The notes under the pieces were generated by a model. The model did no database searches and was not told the DNA's origin. It worked only from the letters and a program-made list of their open reading frames with translations. DNA of 64,000 nt from Eledone cirrhosa (taxonomy: Eukaryota). The DNA lies in assembly GCA_964016885.1 (NCBI GenBank), contig OZ024749.1, positions 5,332,001 through 5,396,000 of the forward strand. Reading direction: 5' to 3'. The position numbers and the translations under genes are program-made. This document shows, piece by piece, positions 1 to 13,979 of this stretch (position 1 is the stretch's first letter; every line of letters begins with the position of its first letter).

Positions 1-358
1 ACAGCCACACAGCCACGCACACACACAAAGACACACGCAGCCACACGGCCACACAGACAAAGTCATACGCAAACACAAAGTCACAAACAGCCACATATGC
101 ACTCACACACACATACACACACATACAAACACGCACAAGACACACTCAGTCACATAACCACACATACACACGCACTACAATCACACACACAGACACACAC
201 ACACACACACACAACTTCTGTAATCTGTGCTACAGTAGCCAACATGAAACTCAGGAAGTATTCGATAAATATTATGAAGAAATAATGAAAGAATGGAAGA
301 ATAAAGGAGCATATAATGACAGAAGGAAAAGAATAATATACTTATATATATATGTATA

Positions 359-431
<73 letters not shown>

Positions 432-698
432 CAAACGTATGAAAGAACGAGTGAATGACGGAATGAAAGAATACATAAATTCATGAATGAAACTGTGAAT
501 AAAAGGTGGTCGTGCAGTAACTTGCAGGAAGTGTTTAAGGGAAACTCTTAAATGGCGGCATAGAAATATTAGCTTTAAATATATGAAAGAAGCATGACTA
601 AGGTGATTACCTGTCAATGTAAAGGTGGCAGAAATCACATAGATTAACGTGTATTGTACCTGGTTATATAGGTAAATAAATGGTTCGATCAATCGGTT

Positions 699-699
<1 letters not shown>

Positions 700-734
<35 letters not shown>

Positions 735-1076
735 TGTGTGTGTGTGTATGTGTGTGTGTATATATATTCATGTGTTTATATGCATATATATGTGGATATG
801 TGTATATATGCGTGTATATATATATATATGTATATATATGTATATATATATATATATGTGTATATATGCGTGTATATATATGTATATATACGTATATATA
901 TATATATGTGTATATATGCGTATATATATATATGTGTATATATGCGTATATATATATATGTGTATATATGCGTATATATATATATGTGTATATATGCGTA
1001 TGTATATATATATGTGTGTATATATGTGTATATATGCGTATATATATATATATATGTATATGTGTATATATATATA

Positions 1077-1109
<33 letters not shown>

Positions 1110-1151
1110 GTGTATATATATATATATGTATATGTGTATATATATATGTAT

Positions 1152-1216
<65 letters not shown>

Positions 1217-1362
1217 CGTGTATATATATATATATGTATATATGCGTGTATATATATATATATGTATATATGCGTGTATATATATATATATGTATATATG
1301 TGTATATATATATATATGTATATATGCGTATATATATATATGTGTATATATGTATATATGCG

Positions 1363-1393
<31 letters not shown>

Positions 1394-1420
1394 GTTTACA
1401 TACATATATATGTATATATT
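700..1420. repeat. Degenerate (TA)n/(TATG) microsatellite tract
   Basis: Direct reading; the I/Y/C-rich ORFs here are artefacts. Confidence 0.95.
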
Positions 1421-2242
1421 CGTGTTCTCGTACATACATGGTTATGTATCTTTATACAAATGCGCAAACACGCTATCTTAAATATAACGTCTATTAAATT
1501 ATATGGAAGACTTTGATATATGTATAATAATGTTTTCCTGTTTACGTATATGCGTGAATATTCGTGTATATGTATGAAAAATATTCACCTTGTGTAAAAG
1601 GAAGCACATAACCCAATATGGTGTGGCCATCAAGGCCAATTATGCAAATAGCCTTTAATTTAATTTTATTTTGTTTTTATTTATTTTATTTTATTTTTCA
1701 AGAAGGCAAAGAGTAATATGGAAAATAATTAGCTGCAATGTCTAGCAAGGTGAGCGACCATGAATAGGATCAATAGTAGGGTAGTTGATCTCACATATGC
1801 TATAATTTAGTCTAGTTGATCATATATAGTCTATATCCTATATATTAGCAGGGGGAAGGACTCCTCGTGTGGTAGATATAGGCCATATTATATGACAGTA
1901 TAGTATTTGTGTAGTTAGGTGGATTAGTGGATAGTTTGTCCGGCTCCAGTTCGTAGGATCATGAGTTTGATTTTCGGACCGGGCAGTGGTCCGAAATGAA
2001 TGAAGGTTTATATATGCCCATCAATGGATCTATGTCGATTTCAGCGAGGAGTGTGCCAGTTGTTTGATCAACTGAAGAGCCAGCTTTTAAAAAACAATTT
2101 GTAAGAATAATTCATATTACACTTTGCCAAGACTATTGAAATTAATCTGCTGGTAAAGCACTTTGTCAGAGAAAGTGATGCATGCGTCTAGCCTGCATCA
2201 GGTGATACATTGCTAGTTTCACTTAATCCTGTGTTTATAACG

Positions 2243-2289
<47 letters not shown>

Positions 2290-2294
<5 letters not shown>

Positions 2295-2499
2295 CATGTA
2301 TTAAGGCTCTATTGATTTTTTCCTGGATTTCACTAAATTCTGTTGGATGAATCTATATCCTGATTCTTTTTGAGTTGAGTTTGAATTATTTTTCCCACAT
2401 CTTACGTTAACTATTTTTCTCATTCTGACGCTATAGTCACTTATATATTATGGAATACTGCTGGCTTCTTGCTACAATATTTTCTATACCTTTCATTTG

Positions 2500-2500
<1 letters not shown>
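2290..2500 (+). mobile_element. 3' tail fragment of HHR element family J (homologous to ~59745-59950)
   Basis: Shared blocks tctattgattttt-cctggatttcactaaa, atatcctgattct, tgagtttgaattattttt; flanked by microsatellites. Confidence 0.7.
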
Positions 2501-2531
<31 letters not shown>

Positions 2532-2566
2532 TATATGTGTGTGCGCATGCGTTTGTGTGTATATAT

Positions 2567-2645
<79 letters not shown>

Positions 2646-2656
2646 CTCACACACTC

Positions 2657-2706
<50 letters not shown>

Positions 2707-2814
2707 ATGTACATGTATGTATTTGTATATAGAGAGAACGACTGGTGGAGAGAGTGTGAAAGAGAGGAAAGGGAAAGAGAATAAAAGAAATAAAACAAGA
2801 GAGAAGACAGTAAT

Positions 2815-3072
2815 ATTAGAGTATACCAGTCTAATGGTGGACAGATCGTACGGGCCAAAACAACCGAGATAGGACTCAAGGCTAGGCTTTAAGCAACATG
2901 GTTGGATAACATCCATGAACTTGGCTGTTCTGGCTTGGGGATCCAGCCGGGTCAATTGGAAATTGTTGCTTCTGACAGAAGCTGATGGAGGGAGTGTCTG
3001 AGGATTCTGGTCGCTCGAATCTCTCAGGAATAAGTGGGTGAAGAAGAAGAAGAAGCAACAGCAGAAGAAGAA
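2815..3072 (+). mobile_element. RTE-clade LINE 3' end fragment with (GAA)n tail
   Basis: Decayed translation ...WLDNIHELG...DRS*WRECL; homologous to the reverse complement of 24500-24724; ends in gaagaagaag. Confidence 0.6.
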
Positions 3073-3365
3073 GTATAGTTCATGTGACGCCAGGGTGTGT
3101 TTTGAGTGAGGAATAGTGGCTATATATATATAATAGAGCATGGGATCCAATACCTGTTCTCTATATGGTTCAACAGATGGCGTTTCTTCCCGTACTGACT
3201 TCCATTCATAACCCACCCGATCGGTTACGCACACATGATATATACATATATAAGCATGTGTGTCTGTGTGTGCATTTGTGCGTTTGTATATATATATATA
3301 TATATATATATAAATTAATAAAAATAATGAATAAACAAAGAAACAGTTCCTTATATTAAAAAATC

Positions 3366-3501
3366 CATCATTTTACGATCGTTTCTAGGATATATATGTT
3401 AGTGTTGGTATGCATATCATATAGATCTATGTAAAATTTTTACAAACTATCAGAAGGAATATACATACCTACACATATATATGCTGTCTTCAGAAATAAT
3501 G
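3366..3501 (-). ncRNA. Type I hammerhead ribozyme, family A (long stem II)
   Basis: Minus strand: CAUUAUUU CUGAAGA [CAGCAUAUAUAUGU...ACAUAUAUAUCCUA] GAAA CGAUCG UA AAAUGAUG; 8-bp stem I, palindromic ACGAUCGU, GUA site. Confidence 0.8.
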
Positions 3502-3742
3502 ATATTTGTTTATTGAAAAAAAACCCAAAGATTTAATACAATAGGTCTGTTTGGGAACAGGTTTTGAATTGACCACTAGAAAGATAGTGAAGGTCAAGAT
3601 GGTAAAATAGTAGTAATAGAGCCTTAATTTAGGGGTAGAGGAAGGTAGATTTCAGTTTGGGATGGAAAGAAAATTATGAATGAAAGATTATTTTAGGGAT
3701 GAAGATAGGTCATATGCTGTCTTCAGAAATAATTATATTTGT

Positions 3743-3783
<41 letters not shown>

Positions 3784-3784
<1 letters not shown>

Positions 3785-4210
3785 GTTATATTTGAGGAGG
3801 GTCATATTGTTATAATATTGCCAGAAATAATAACATAACACAGTGTTTAGTTTGTGTTGGTTTTCGCTTCTGTGTCTGTTATAGGTAAGTTATCTAGCAA
3901 TCAATGTTTATCATTGATTGGCCAACGGTTAAAAATCAGATATAAACATATATATATATATAGTCTATCAAAGTTCTTACGTCACACATATGTGGCATCA
4001 TCAGTGATACTATTATGTTTCCTCTCGTTGTATTGTAATGCCTACAACATTTCTATTTAATTGACTGATGAAAAACATTGATTGCCAGATAAATTAACTA
4101 TGGACATATAAAAGATACAGAAGCGAAAACCATCCCAAACCAAACAATGAGTGTGTTCTGTTATTATTTCTGGTAATATTATAACAATATGACCCTCCCC
4201 AAGTATAACA
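3784..4210. mobile_element. Inverted pair of a dispersed ~150-bp repeat (other copies 10583-10750 and 46083-46208)
   Basis: gttatatttg(g/a)ggagggtcatatt...ttttcgcttct at 3785, its reverse complement ending ~4210; copies abut (TA)n. Confidence 0.75.
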
Positions 4211-4401
4211 ATATTTCTTTCGACACACGATTTCATATAAAAAACCTTGGAAAACAAATATATATTATATATATATATATATATATAATATATATATAAT
4301 ATATATATATAATATATATTTGTTTTCCAAGGTTTTTGATATGAAATCGTGTGTCGAAGGAAATATTGTTATACTTTTCGCTGAGTTTTTCGAATATTAA
4401 T

Positions 4402-4590
4402 AATTGTTTCTACTTTTGGCAAAAGGCTAGGAATTATCCCAGTGTATTACTGGTACTTTATTTTATCGACTCCGTAAGGATGAAAGGCAAAGTTAACCTT
4501 GCGGGATTTGAACTCAGAATGACAAGGGCCGTAACTCTATTCATCAAAGAAAGGTGTTCGACCCTCTACCGATACTGCCAATCCACTGCC
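4402..4590 (-). mobile_element. tRNA-derived SINE
   Basis: Reverse complement has B-box-like gagttcaaatccc and ctttgcctttcatccttacg...gtcgataaaataaagtaccagt, shared with 6 other copies in the window. Confidence 0.85.
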
Positions 4591-4728
4591 CCGTTCGAAT
4601 ATTAATAATCATATTCGATTTGTTTGTAATTATGCAAGAATGAGGGGCTCATTCTACTTACATGACGCTTTTTGGCATAATTGGAAACAAATCGATATTA
4701 TTATTAATATTCGAAAAATTGAGATTAC

Positions 4729-4780
<52 letters not shown>

Positions 4781-4787
<7 letters not shown>

Positions 4788-5057
4788 CAAGAAAACGAAA
4801 AATCAGTGATGCATCTGAACTTAGTTTATTTCGTGTTACAAATGTTTCGCCGGCATGTAGCTCGAGTTATGGTCCTTGTATGGATCTGGCTGATTCTACT
4901 TCTTCGGGTTCTTCCCGTGTCCGAAAGAACCCGCAGAAGTTGAATCAGCCAGATCCATACAAGGACCATGACTCGAGCTACATACCGGCGAAACATTTGT
5001 AACACAAAATAAACTAAGTCCAGATGCACCACTGATTTTTCGTTTTCTTGATAATAT
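4781..5057. repeat. ~277-bp fold-back palindrome carrying what looks like the 3' half of an HHR
   Basis: Arms of ~130 bp are reverse complements with a few mismatches; right arm reads ccggc GAAA CATTTG TA acac then aaataaa. Confidence 0.85.
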
Positions 5058-5133
5058 CTACACTCTACTCTGATGAATAGCGAGTGCTAATTTTGGCACA
5101 CCGCCTACCGAAGCACCATAGCTACCACTATAC

Positions 5134-5233
<100 letters not shown>

Positions 5234-5569
5234 GTGTAGTATACAATTATCTTAATTCACTACAACATAACATAAATACCTACGTTTCAAAGGAGTATAT
5301 ATATATATAGACTAAGTTGGAAAGGAATTGGACCTGGTAGTGATGTTGGAATCGACGGAGGTGGAACAAGATTTGAGATGGTATCATCATTTGATATGTA
5401 ACCTAGGATTTAATGTAGCACCATCATATGATCGAAAACGGAACAGTTTCCATTTCCAGCTTCATAGATCAATGATGTATCTCATGTGTGGCTGAGCTTG
5501 CTTCGTATGCTGTAATTATATATCAACATAGCAAACAGCAGGATATCAAAGAGAAATCCCTTAAGCAGG

Positions 5570-5600
<31 letters not shown>

Positions 5601-5672
5601 CTACATATGTATACACATATTTATATATGTGTATATAAATACATATGTATATATATATGCTTAGCTATGTAA

Positions 5673-5709
<37 letters not shown>

Positions 5710-5832
5710 TGTGTGTATATAAGTATGCATATATATTATGTGTATATATAGTGTATATATACATATATTTATATATGTAAATATAAAGCAATATATGTAT
5801 ATATATATATGCACACACATGTGTGTGTACGT

Positions 5833-5875
<43 letters not shown>

Positions 5876-6241
5876 GGTATGTCTGTGCGTGTGTACCTGT
5901 GTGTGTGAGTGTGTATACATACATATATTTTCAGTCGTATTTTCCCTCCTTTAATTCTGATATATTTATTTATTTATTTTTAGTATTAAACCGAATTATT
6001 TCTATTCAGCCACTTAAACAATATTTACATACATTCCAAGTATAACTTGGCGTAAATTATGAAATTTATATTTGCCCATTGATGGATCAATGTCAATTTC
6101 GACGATCAGTATTCCAGTTGTTCGATCAACTGAAGAGATTTCTCATGAAAAACCTTTAAGAGCCTGAATATTCCTGATTATATTTAAAGGTTATAATTTA
6201 AAATATATCTCTGTACATATCGGAGACGAATTCATATACCA

Positions 6242-6335
6242 AACATATCTGACGACCTTTCGATTACAGAGTCAGGTTCGACGTATAATATGTCGTGCCT
6301 CGAGCCGATTGATAGTGAAACATGTGTAATATGTT
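6242..6335 (+). ncRNA. Type I hammerhead ribozyme, family B
   Basis: AACAUAU CUGACGA [CCUUUCGAUU...GAUUGAUAGU] GAAA CAUGUG UA AUAUGUU; perfect 7-bp stem I, imperfect extended stem II, GUA site. Confidence 0.75.
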
Positions 6336-6379
6336 ATTAAATATGTTATGATGCAACACTGAATCCTTGTTCCTCATCC

Positions 6380-6456
<77 letters not shown>

Positions 6457-6709
6457 ATGCATACAAAATTATGTGCATATGTATGTAGAGATACACACAC
6501 GCACACACACATATATATAGGGGGTGTATCTCTACATACATATGCACATAATTGTGTATGCATGTATATGTGTGTATATATATATATATACATATGTGTG
6601 TGTGGGTGTGTATTTACATAGATACATAGATATATTATATACATATGAATTTACATAGACTTGTACATATACATACATATTTATATGCATATTTATATAC
6701 AAGCACACG

Positions 6710-7128
6710 CAACTAAACTATAATAAAGTAAGAAGTCCAGGACTGCGTACGATTTTTTATTTTTTATCCCATTAGTAACATAAGTTGGATTACTTTGAAT
6801 AAATAATGAATGAATATTACATAATATATCTACTAAATTTCGTGGCTGTTCATTAAATATAGTTTATTATTTATTTAAAGATTCACTTTTTAATATTTTC
6901 AAATGTCAACACTTCCGGTGGCGATCGCTTAAATAAACATATTAGTTTTCTGTCACTAATTTTCTCCTAATGCAGTTTATATATAATATCGTCTTTTTTT
7001 AATGTATCATGGATTACGTTACTGATTACATAAGACAGTGTAACACAGTCTTCGTTCAATTTCTGTGAATATTGTCAATTACGATTTTATTTGATCATAT
7101 CTAAATGTATATATACTTGTGTATAATG
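6710..7128 (+). repeat. ~420-bp AT-rich block duplicated at 31953-32050 plus 32510-32840 and partly at 31146-31342
   Basis: Long shared stretches such as aactaaactataata, taagttggattactttgaataaataat, taagacagtgtaac. Confidence 0.85.
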
Positions 7129-7189
7129 GTGAACTAGCTGTTGTGGAACTACTTCTACCAAACTCGTCCCAGGTCTGAGTGCTCTACTG

Positions 7190-7253
<64 letters not shown>

Positions 7254-8292
7254 GGGGGGGGGCATAATAAATGAATAAATGTAATATGAAATGTCTGCGC
7301 CCCAACTTAAATGACAATATTTAATAGTGGATTACTATAAATAGTAGTCATCCTTAGGGGATCGAGTCAATAAAGTACCAGTTATTTGAGTCGACATCAT
7401 AGATGTTCAAATTTCCTCAGACTTTGGGACAAGTAAGAAAGTGTTGTTAAAGTGATTACGTCGCGACAAGGTGCGCCTTATCTGTGGTAACCGATTCATT
7501 TTGTGTGAAAAACGAAAATACATAGAAACAACAGTAACATCATCTACGACGATAAGAACAACAATAACAACAACATAGATGAGTTATCTGAACAAACATG
7601 TTTAGAATTCAATGTAGAAATACTGTCCTGCCTGACGTACTTACTGGTATAGAATATGGAACTCTTAAGTTTGGAAATTGAAATATCAGAAGAATATATC
7701 ACACACAGCCACACATGCACATACAAAGACACGAACATATACACATATATACACACAAAGACATACACATACAAACACAAAGACACAAACAAGCACACAC
7801 AATGACACAATCATACACACACGCACACAGACACAAACATACAAAACATACACACACACAGACAGAAACACACACGCCAAGCCACAAACACACACACGCA
7901 AAGACAGAAACATACTTACACAGACATAAACATACTTACACACACACAAACATACTTACACAGACACAAACATACTGACACAAACACAAACATACTTACA
8001 CACACACATAAACATATTTACACACACACACAAACATACTTACACAGACAAAAAAGAGATCAAAACATAGATACACAGAAAGACACAAATATACACACAA
8101 ACTCACAAAGTCACAAACGCACACACAGAAAGACACACATACTCACACACACACACATATTTATGTGTGTGTGTGAGGATGTGTGTGTGTGGGAGGAAGA
8201 GAGTGTGCGTGTGATCCTGTTATATAAAAGGGAAGTTTAATATATATAAGTATGTATATATATATATATGATCTAAATATAATTATATATAT

Positions 8293-8900
8293 AATCAAGG
8301 TTTAGCAAATAGAGAAAAAGTTTTTAAATAAATTTTAAAAAGTTTACTATACCTACTATATTCACCCTCACCGAGCGGTTTCAAGTCTCAAAATAAATGG
8401 ATAATCCATGCGGAAATCCAGTGAGAAGAAGACTTTCGTCAGAGGGTTATTCACACTCGGAGAATATAAAATTCCCGAGTTCAAATCACGAACCAGCGCC
8501 ATACAGAACTGTTCCCGGATGAGAGTGTATGATAAAGAAAAAATCTTGTCTAGTGCCGTGTGTAAAGATAGAATGCAAGGGCGGAAAGGTCAATGCCCTG
8601 CCACTAGAAATAGCAGCAGTTAAAACGATCAAAATGTTATCTCGGCCAGGAGAGATTAATAATAATAAAGTATGTTTTCCTACATGCAAAAAATGCATAT
8701 AGGGACATATTTATTATCCAACTGTATGCCAATGTGGTTCTATGTCAGGTTAATAAATTAACGAGCCAGAACATATATAATCAAGGTTTAGCAAATAGAG
8801 AAAAAGTTTTTAAATGTTTACTGTACCTACTGTATTTACCATTACCGCACGGTTTCAAGTCTCAAAATAAATATATAATTCATGCGGAAATCCATTGAGA
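8293..8900 (-). mobile_element. HHR element family C, partial tandem with 486-bp period
   Basis: tcaaggtttagcaaatagagaaaaag at 8295 and 8781; 8295-8690 is homologous to the reverse complement of ~39010-39400. Confidence 0.8.
8364..8447 (-). ncRNA. Type I hammerhead ribozyme, family C (GUG site, probably inactive copy)
   Basis: Minus strand: ACCCU CUGACGA AAGUCUU...GAGACUU GAAA CCGCUCGG UG AGGGU; the neighbouring partial copy has GUA. Confidence 0.7.
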
Positions 8901-8924
8901 TGAATACATTGGCGCACATTACTC

Positions 8925-8967
<43 letters not shown>

Positions 8968-9024
8968 TCCCTCTCTAAATCCAAATAGTGTTCCATTCAT
9001 ACCCCCACACTCTCTCTCTCTCTC

Positions 9025-9119
<95 letters not shown>

Positions 9120-9451
9120 TAACATGCGCCAATATTTCCAGACAACAAACCATTCCACACTCAGACAAGCAATAATTTGTTCAGTTTATATGCGTAGTAT
9201 GTTTGTGTGTATGTATGTATGTGTGTGTGTGCTTGCATGTGTGTGAACGTGTGAGAGTTGGTGTGTGTATCTATGTGTGTGAGTGTATATATGTTCAGTT
9301 TATATGCGTAGTATGTTTGTGTCTCCCTCACCTTAATGTTATAACCGATAGGTTATCAACCTTCCAATGTTTTCAGTCCAGGATAGAATATCTTTTTACA
9401 TACCTATCTATACATCGATCTCCCACTTATTTGTTATATAATATATATTAG

Positions 9452-9483
<32 letters not shown>

Positions 9484-9527
9484 ATTACATTCACATTATA
9501 TATATATTTATATGTAAATACATTTAA

Positions 9528-9563
<36 letters not shown>

Positions 9564-9878
9564 ATCATATATATTAAACTTCCCTTTTATATAACATAAT
9601 CACACGCGCACTCTCTTCCTCCCACATACACACATAAATATATATATGTATATATATGTATATATGAGGGGTGTATGTAAGTTTATATATATATAAATAT
9701 ATACATATATATATATCTGTGTGTGTACATGTGTATACATATGTATGTTTATGTGTATATATATATATATATATATAATAGTACATTTATATATATTTGT
9801 ATGTATGTATATGTATCTATATATATATATGTATATGGATATGTATATATATACGTATATGCATATATACATAAATTG

Positions 9879-9926
<48 letters not shown>

Positions 9927-10025
9927 GCATATTTATATGTATATATGTACATGCATATATATGTATTTATGTATCTATATGTATATATATATGTGTATAT
10001 ATATTTATGTATGTATATATACGTA

Positions 10026-10072
<47 letters not shown>

Positions 10073-10317
10073 GTATATATACATATATGTATATATATAT
10101 ATATATATATACATATGTGCATGTGTGTGCGCGTGTGTGTGTGTGTGTATGTGTGTGTGTACACAGTCTCATAGCCTCGGTTGTAAATTCTATTATGTTC
10201 AAAGTAAATAACCTAACGTAATTTCAAATAAGCCTCCAGTAATTTCAAATAGTCTTACAGTAGAAATGGATATATATTAACTTTAGCTCGTTAATAATAG
10301 GAGAACTAAACCGACGC

Positions 10318-10379
<62 letters not shown>

Positions 10380-10406
10380 TATATATCTGTATGTGTGTAT
10401 CTATGT

Positions 10407-10488
<82 letters not shown>

Positions 10489-10788
10489 TGATATAATATA
10501 TGTATGTATATATGTATTTATCTATGTACTTGTATATGTATATATATATATATGTACACGCTTATATATATACATATATATATAGTTATATTTGGGGAGG
10601 GTCATATTTGCGTAATATTGCCAGAATTAATAACAGAACACACTCACTGTTTGGTTGGTTTTCGCTTCTCGCTGTCTTTTATATATATATATCTGCGATC
10701 TAACTTACTCGGTCCTCAATGTTGCCATTGACTGACCGGCAGTCAAAAAAAATACATATATATATACGAATATATAAATATATATATA

Positions 10789-10889
<101 letters not shown>

Positions 10890-11030
10890 CATATATACAT
10901 GTGTATATATGTGTGTAATTATGTACATATATTGTATATATTATATATATAGCATATCTAATATTTATATATAATATGTATATATACATTGTGTATTATA
11001 TATTATATATATCTTTTATATATATATATA

Positions 11031-11061
<31 letters not shown>

Positions 11062-11146
11062 GCCAAAGCTTCGATTCTACTAAGCCCCCACATGTATATA
11101 TATATATAGAGAGTTTTGTGTATGTTGAATTTAAACATTACACATC

Positions 11147-11252
<106 letters not shown>

Positions 11253-12695
11253 TCTCTCTTTGTTTGTGTGTATATATGTTTATACACAAACGCATATACA
11301 CACATATATATATATAGGCAATCATTTATGAAACAAAATATTAACGGAAATACATATAAAATATATTTTAAAACGCAATATAAAAAATAAACAGAAATAT
11401 ATATTTGCTTTGCTGTTTGAAATAATTTTGTGAACATCTGATTTTCTATATCTCTGCATTGTCTAATGTATGAGTAAGGAAAGAGAAAAAATAGAAATAT
11501 ACAGGGAAAAACTCTTTCGTATAGATATATGGTTACTCATAATATCATTTAACAAAATGATCGAAATACACAATGGATCTTATATGAGAAACGTAAATAC
11601 TTATATCCGCCATATTGACTAACGATTAATGTGCCCACTTTTGGCTCGTATCTATTTCTATTCTATATTGCTTGACCATTGCTTTCATTTTTGTGCGATG
11701 TTATTTCCTATATGATAGGTATATCATGTATTATATATTCTATATATCTTTACCATACTTTTCTCTTTTATCCGTAAAGTCGTAAAGGAGACAATGTGAT
11801 ACAAACATACATACATATATATATATATAATATATGAATATGCGTATGCATACACACACACACACACACATACACATAGGCAAACATATACAAAGAATTA
11901 CACATATTTCATGATAAACATATATAAAGATATCAAGGATTTATATAAATATATATAAAATATAACATATATATATGCGTGTGTATGTATGTATGTTGGT
12001 TGGTATGTATATATTTGTGTGTGTATGTGTGTATGTATTTATGTATGTATATCAATTTTGTTATGCGGAACTGACATTTTATATATATATATATATGGTT
12101 GTTTATGTTTATATACTCGTTTTCTCTTAACACCGAAAGATGAAACGACAATTTTTCCACTATTTTAATACAAATTTATTCAATTCACATACAGCTCATG
12201 GATAGCCTATTGAATTTTTTTTTTTTTTTCATTTGTAATGTTTAACTGTAACGCAATACACGTATCACCAAGATTATGTTAGTGTGATAAGCATTGGCAA
12301 AGGTAACCTCAAATACTGCTTTTACATACCTATCATGTTATGAATACTATAGTGGGTATGATCTCGGTTTAGGAATCAAAGGCCAGCTTCTTTTTGTTTC
12401 TGTTATCTTTGTAACAATTCGCTCTTTAAAAACTGCCGCTATCTCTAGAACGAGACCTTGACTTACAATAAATCATTTGTAATTGGAAAACATCGTAGGA
12501 AAAACTGCCTACGCACACAGGCTTTGGTTTATATGATTTCAGGGATTATATTGAACGGAACAAAATTATAATGGCAAATATATTAAACATACATTGATTC
12601 ACAAGCTCATACGGACATACATGCATGTATGTATTCAGTACATGTATGTAAGTATGCATTACATGTGTGTATGTATGTATATATATAGATATATC

Positions 12696-12895
12696 GGATC
12701 ACTCTTGAGTGTTACTGGTAACATGTATCCCAGTACAACCTGTCTCATGGTCGGGTCGTCGACGACTAAACCGGCAACCCCGCCAAGTTTACTTGGTGAG
12801 GAGGGTGATTTTGGACACCCTGCAGGACAAAAAACAAAACGTGACAAAGGGCGGAAGAACTCGTAAGAGTCAACGGCCATCCGAAAGTGTGTAAA
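12696..12895 (+). mobile_element. GC-richer repeat, probably the 5' region of an RTE-like LINE (homologous to 58495-58685 on the minus strand)
   Basis: Shared ctggtaacatgtatcccagtacaacctgtctcatggtcgggtcgt...cttggtgaggagggtga...cctgcaggac. Confidence 0.55.
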
Positions 12896-13125
12896 TATGT
12901 ATGTAGACATGTCTTCTTGGTTGTCCATCGTAAATGAAGATGACATCTTCTTTATTGTTGTTCCCGTCTGCTGTGGGCACGAAGGTGGCTGTGGAAGCTG
13001 ATCCTTATCTGTCAGTGGGGTCAGGGGAAGAGACCGGAGCTTCCCTCCACCTGTTACCTCCACCTCTTTCTTATCGCCGCAGGGCTTTGGGAGTGCACGC
13101 TAAAGAAGAAACCTGTACGGGAAAG

Positions 13126-13585
13126 GTCTTGTCGGCTTATCTCCCCTGTTTGCTGAGATCAAAGTGAGTGAATTTGTCACTACTTTAAAACAATAGCTTA
13201 CGGTCTTCAAAATGCTTTTAATTAAGCATAAAGTGTATTGCAAGATACATTATATATACATCCATATATATATATATTGCTATTTCAGAGGTCCAATTCT
13301 AATTTTTAATTTCTGCCTGACCAACAACCGCTCTGCATAATCAGCTCCTGATTATTTACTAGATTTCTATAAGAATATAACATCAATGATCTCAGTAGAC
13401 AGGTGGAGTAGTTGACCTTGATAAGCTTCAACCAAAGCGAAACAAGTCTTGTCGGCTTATCTCCCCTGTTTGCTGAGATCAAAGTGAGTGAATTTGTCAC
13501 TACTTTAAAACAATAGCTTACGGTCTTCAAAATGCTTTTAATTAAGCAAAAAGTGTATTGCAAAATACATTATATATACATCCAT
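13126..13585 (+). mobile_element. HHR element family D, partial tandem with 320-bp period
   Basis: gtcttgtcggcttatctcccc...atacatcc repeated at 13126 and 13446; diverged relative at 35031-35378. Confidence 0.85.
13399..13469 (+). ncRNA. Type I hammerhead ribozyme, family D, U3-A8 core variant
   Basis: ...CC UUGAUAA GCUU caacca AAGC GAAA CAAGUCUUG UC GG...; stem I is only 2 bp next to the core, then continues through an internal loop into GGAG/CUCC and ACAGG/CCUGU. Confidence 0.7.
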
Positions 13586-13609
13586 ATATATACATATATA
13601 TATATACAC

Positions 13610-13668
<59 letters not shown>

Positions 13669-13681
13669 CATATATATATAC

Positions 13682-13868
<187 letters not shown>

Positions 13869-13928
13869 CATTATATATATATATATACATATATACATTT
13901 ATATATACATATATATATACATATATAC

Positions 13929-13975
<47 letters not shown>

Positions 13976-13979
13976 TATA

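Noticed and set aside
213-345. Short open frame NFCNLCYSSQHETQEVFDKYYEEIMKEWKNKG as a host exon
   Set aside because: No convincing splice sites or recognisable homology; cannot be supported
2010-2085. CUGAAGA in a repeat shared with ~6065-6140
   Set aside because: The repeat is real, but no stem II/GAAA/stem I arrangement forms on either strand
3966-4009. Possible minus-strand HHR with UAUCA/UGAUA stem I
   Set aside because: GUAA instead of GAAA and a poor stem II; at best a decayed relic
4065-4135. CUGAUGA...CGAAA in the 3784-type repeat
   Set aside because: No stem II or stem I pairing, and the core is not conserved in the other copies
5066-5125. CUGAUGA followed by a hairpin and GAAG
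   Set aside because: No GAAA and no closing stem I or stem III
12696-12800. HDV-like ribozyme at the putative RTE 5' end (gtatcccagtac; gggtcg...cgactaaa; also ~58600-58680)
   Set aside because: Small hairpins exist, but I could not assemble a consistent P1/P2/P3/P1.1/P4 nested pseudoknot by hand; needs an RNArobo or Infernal search
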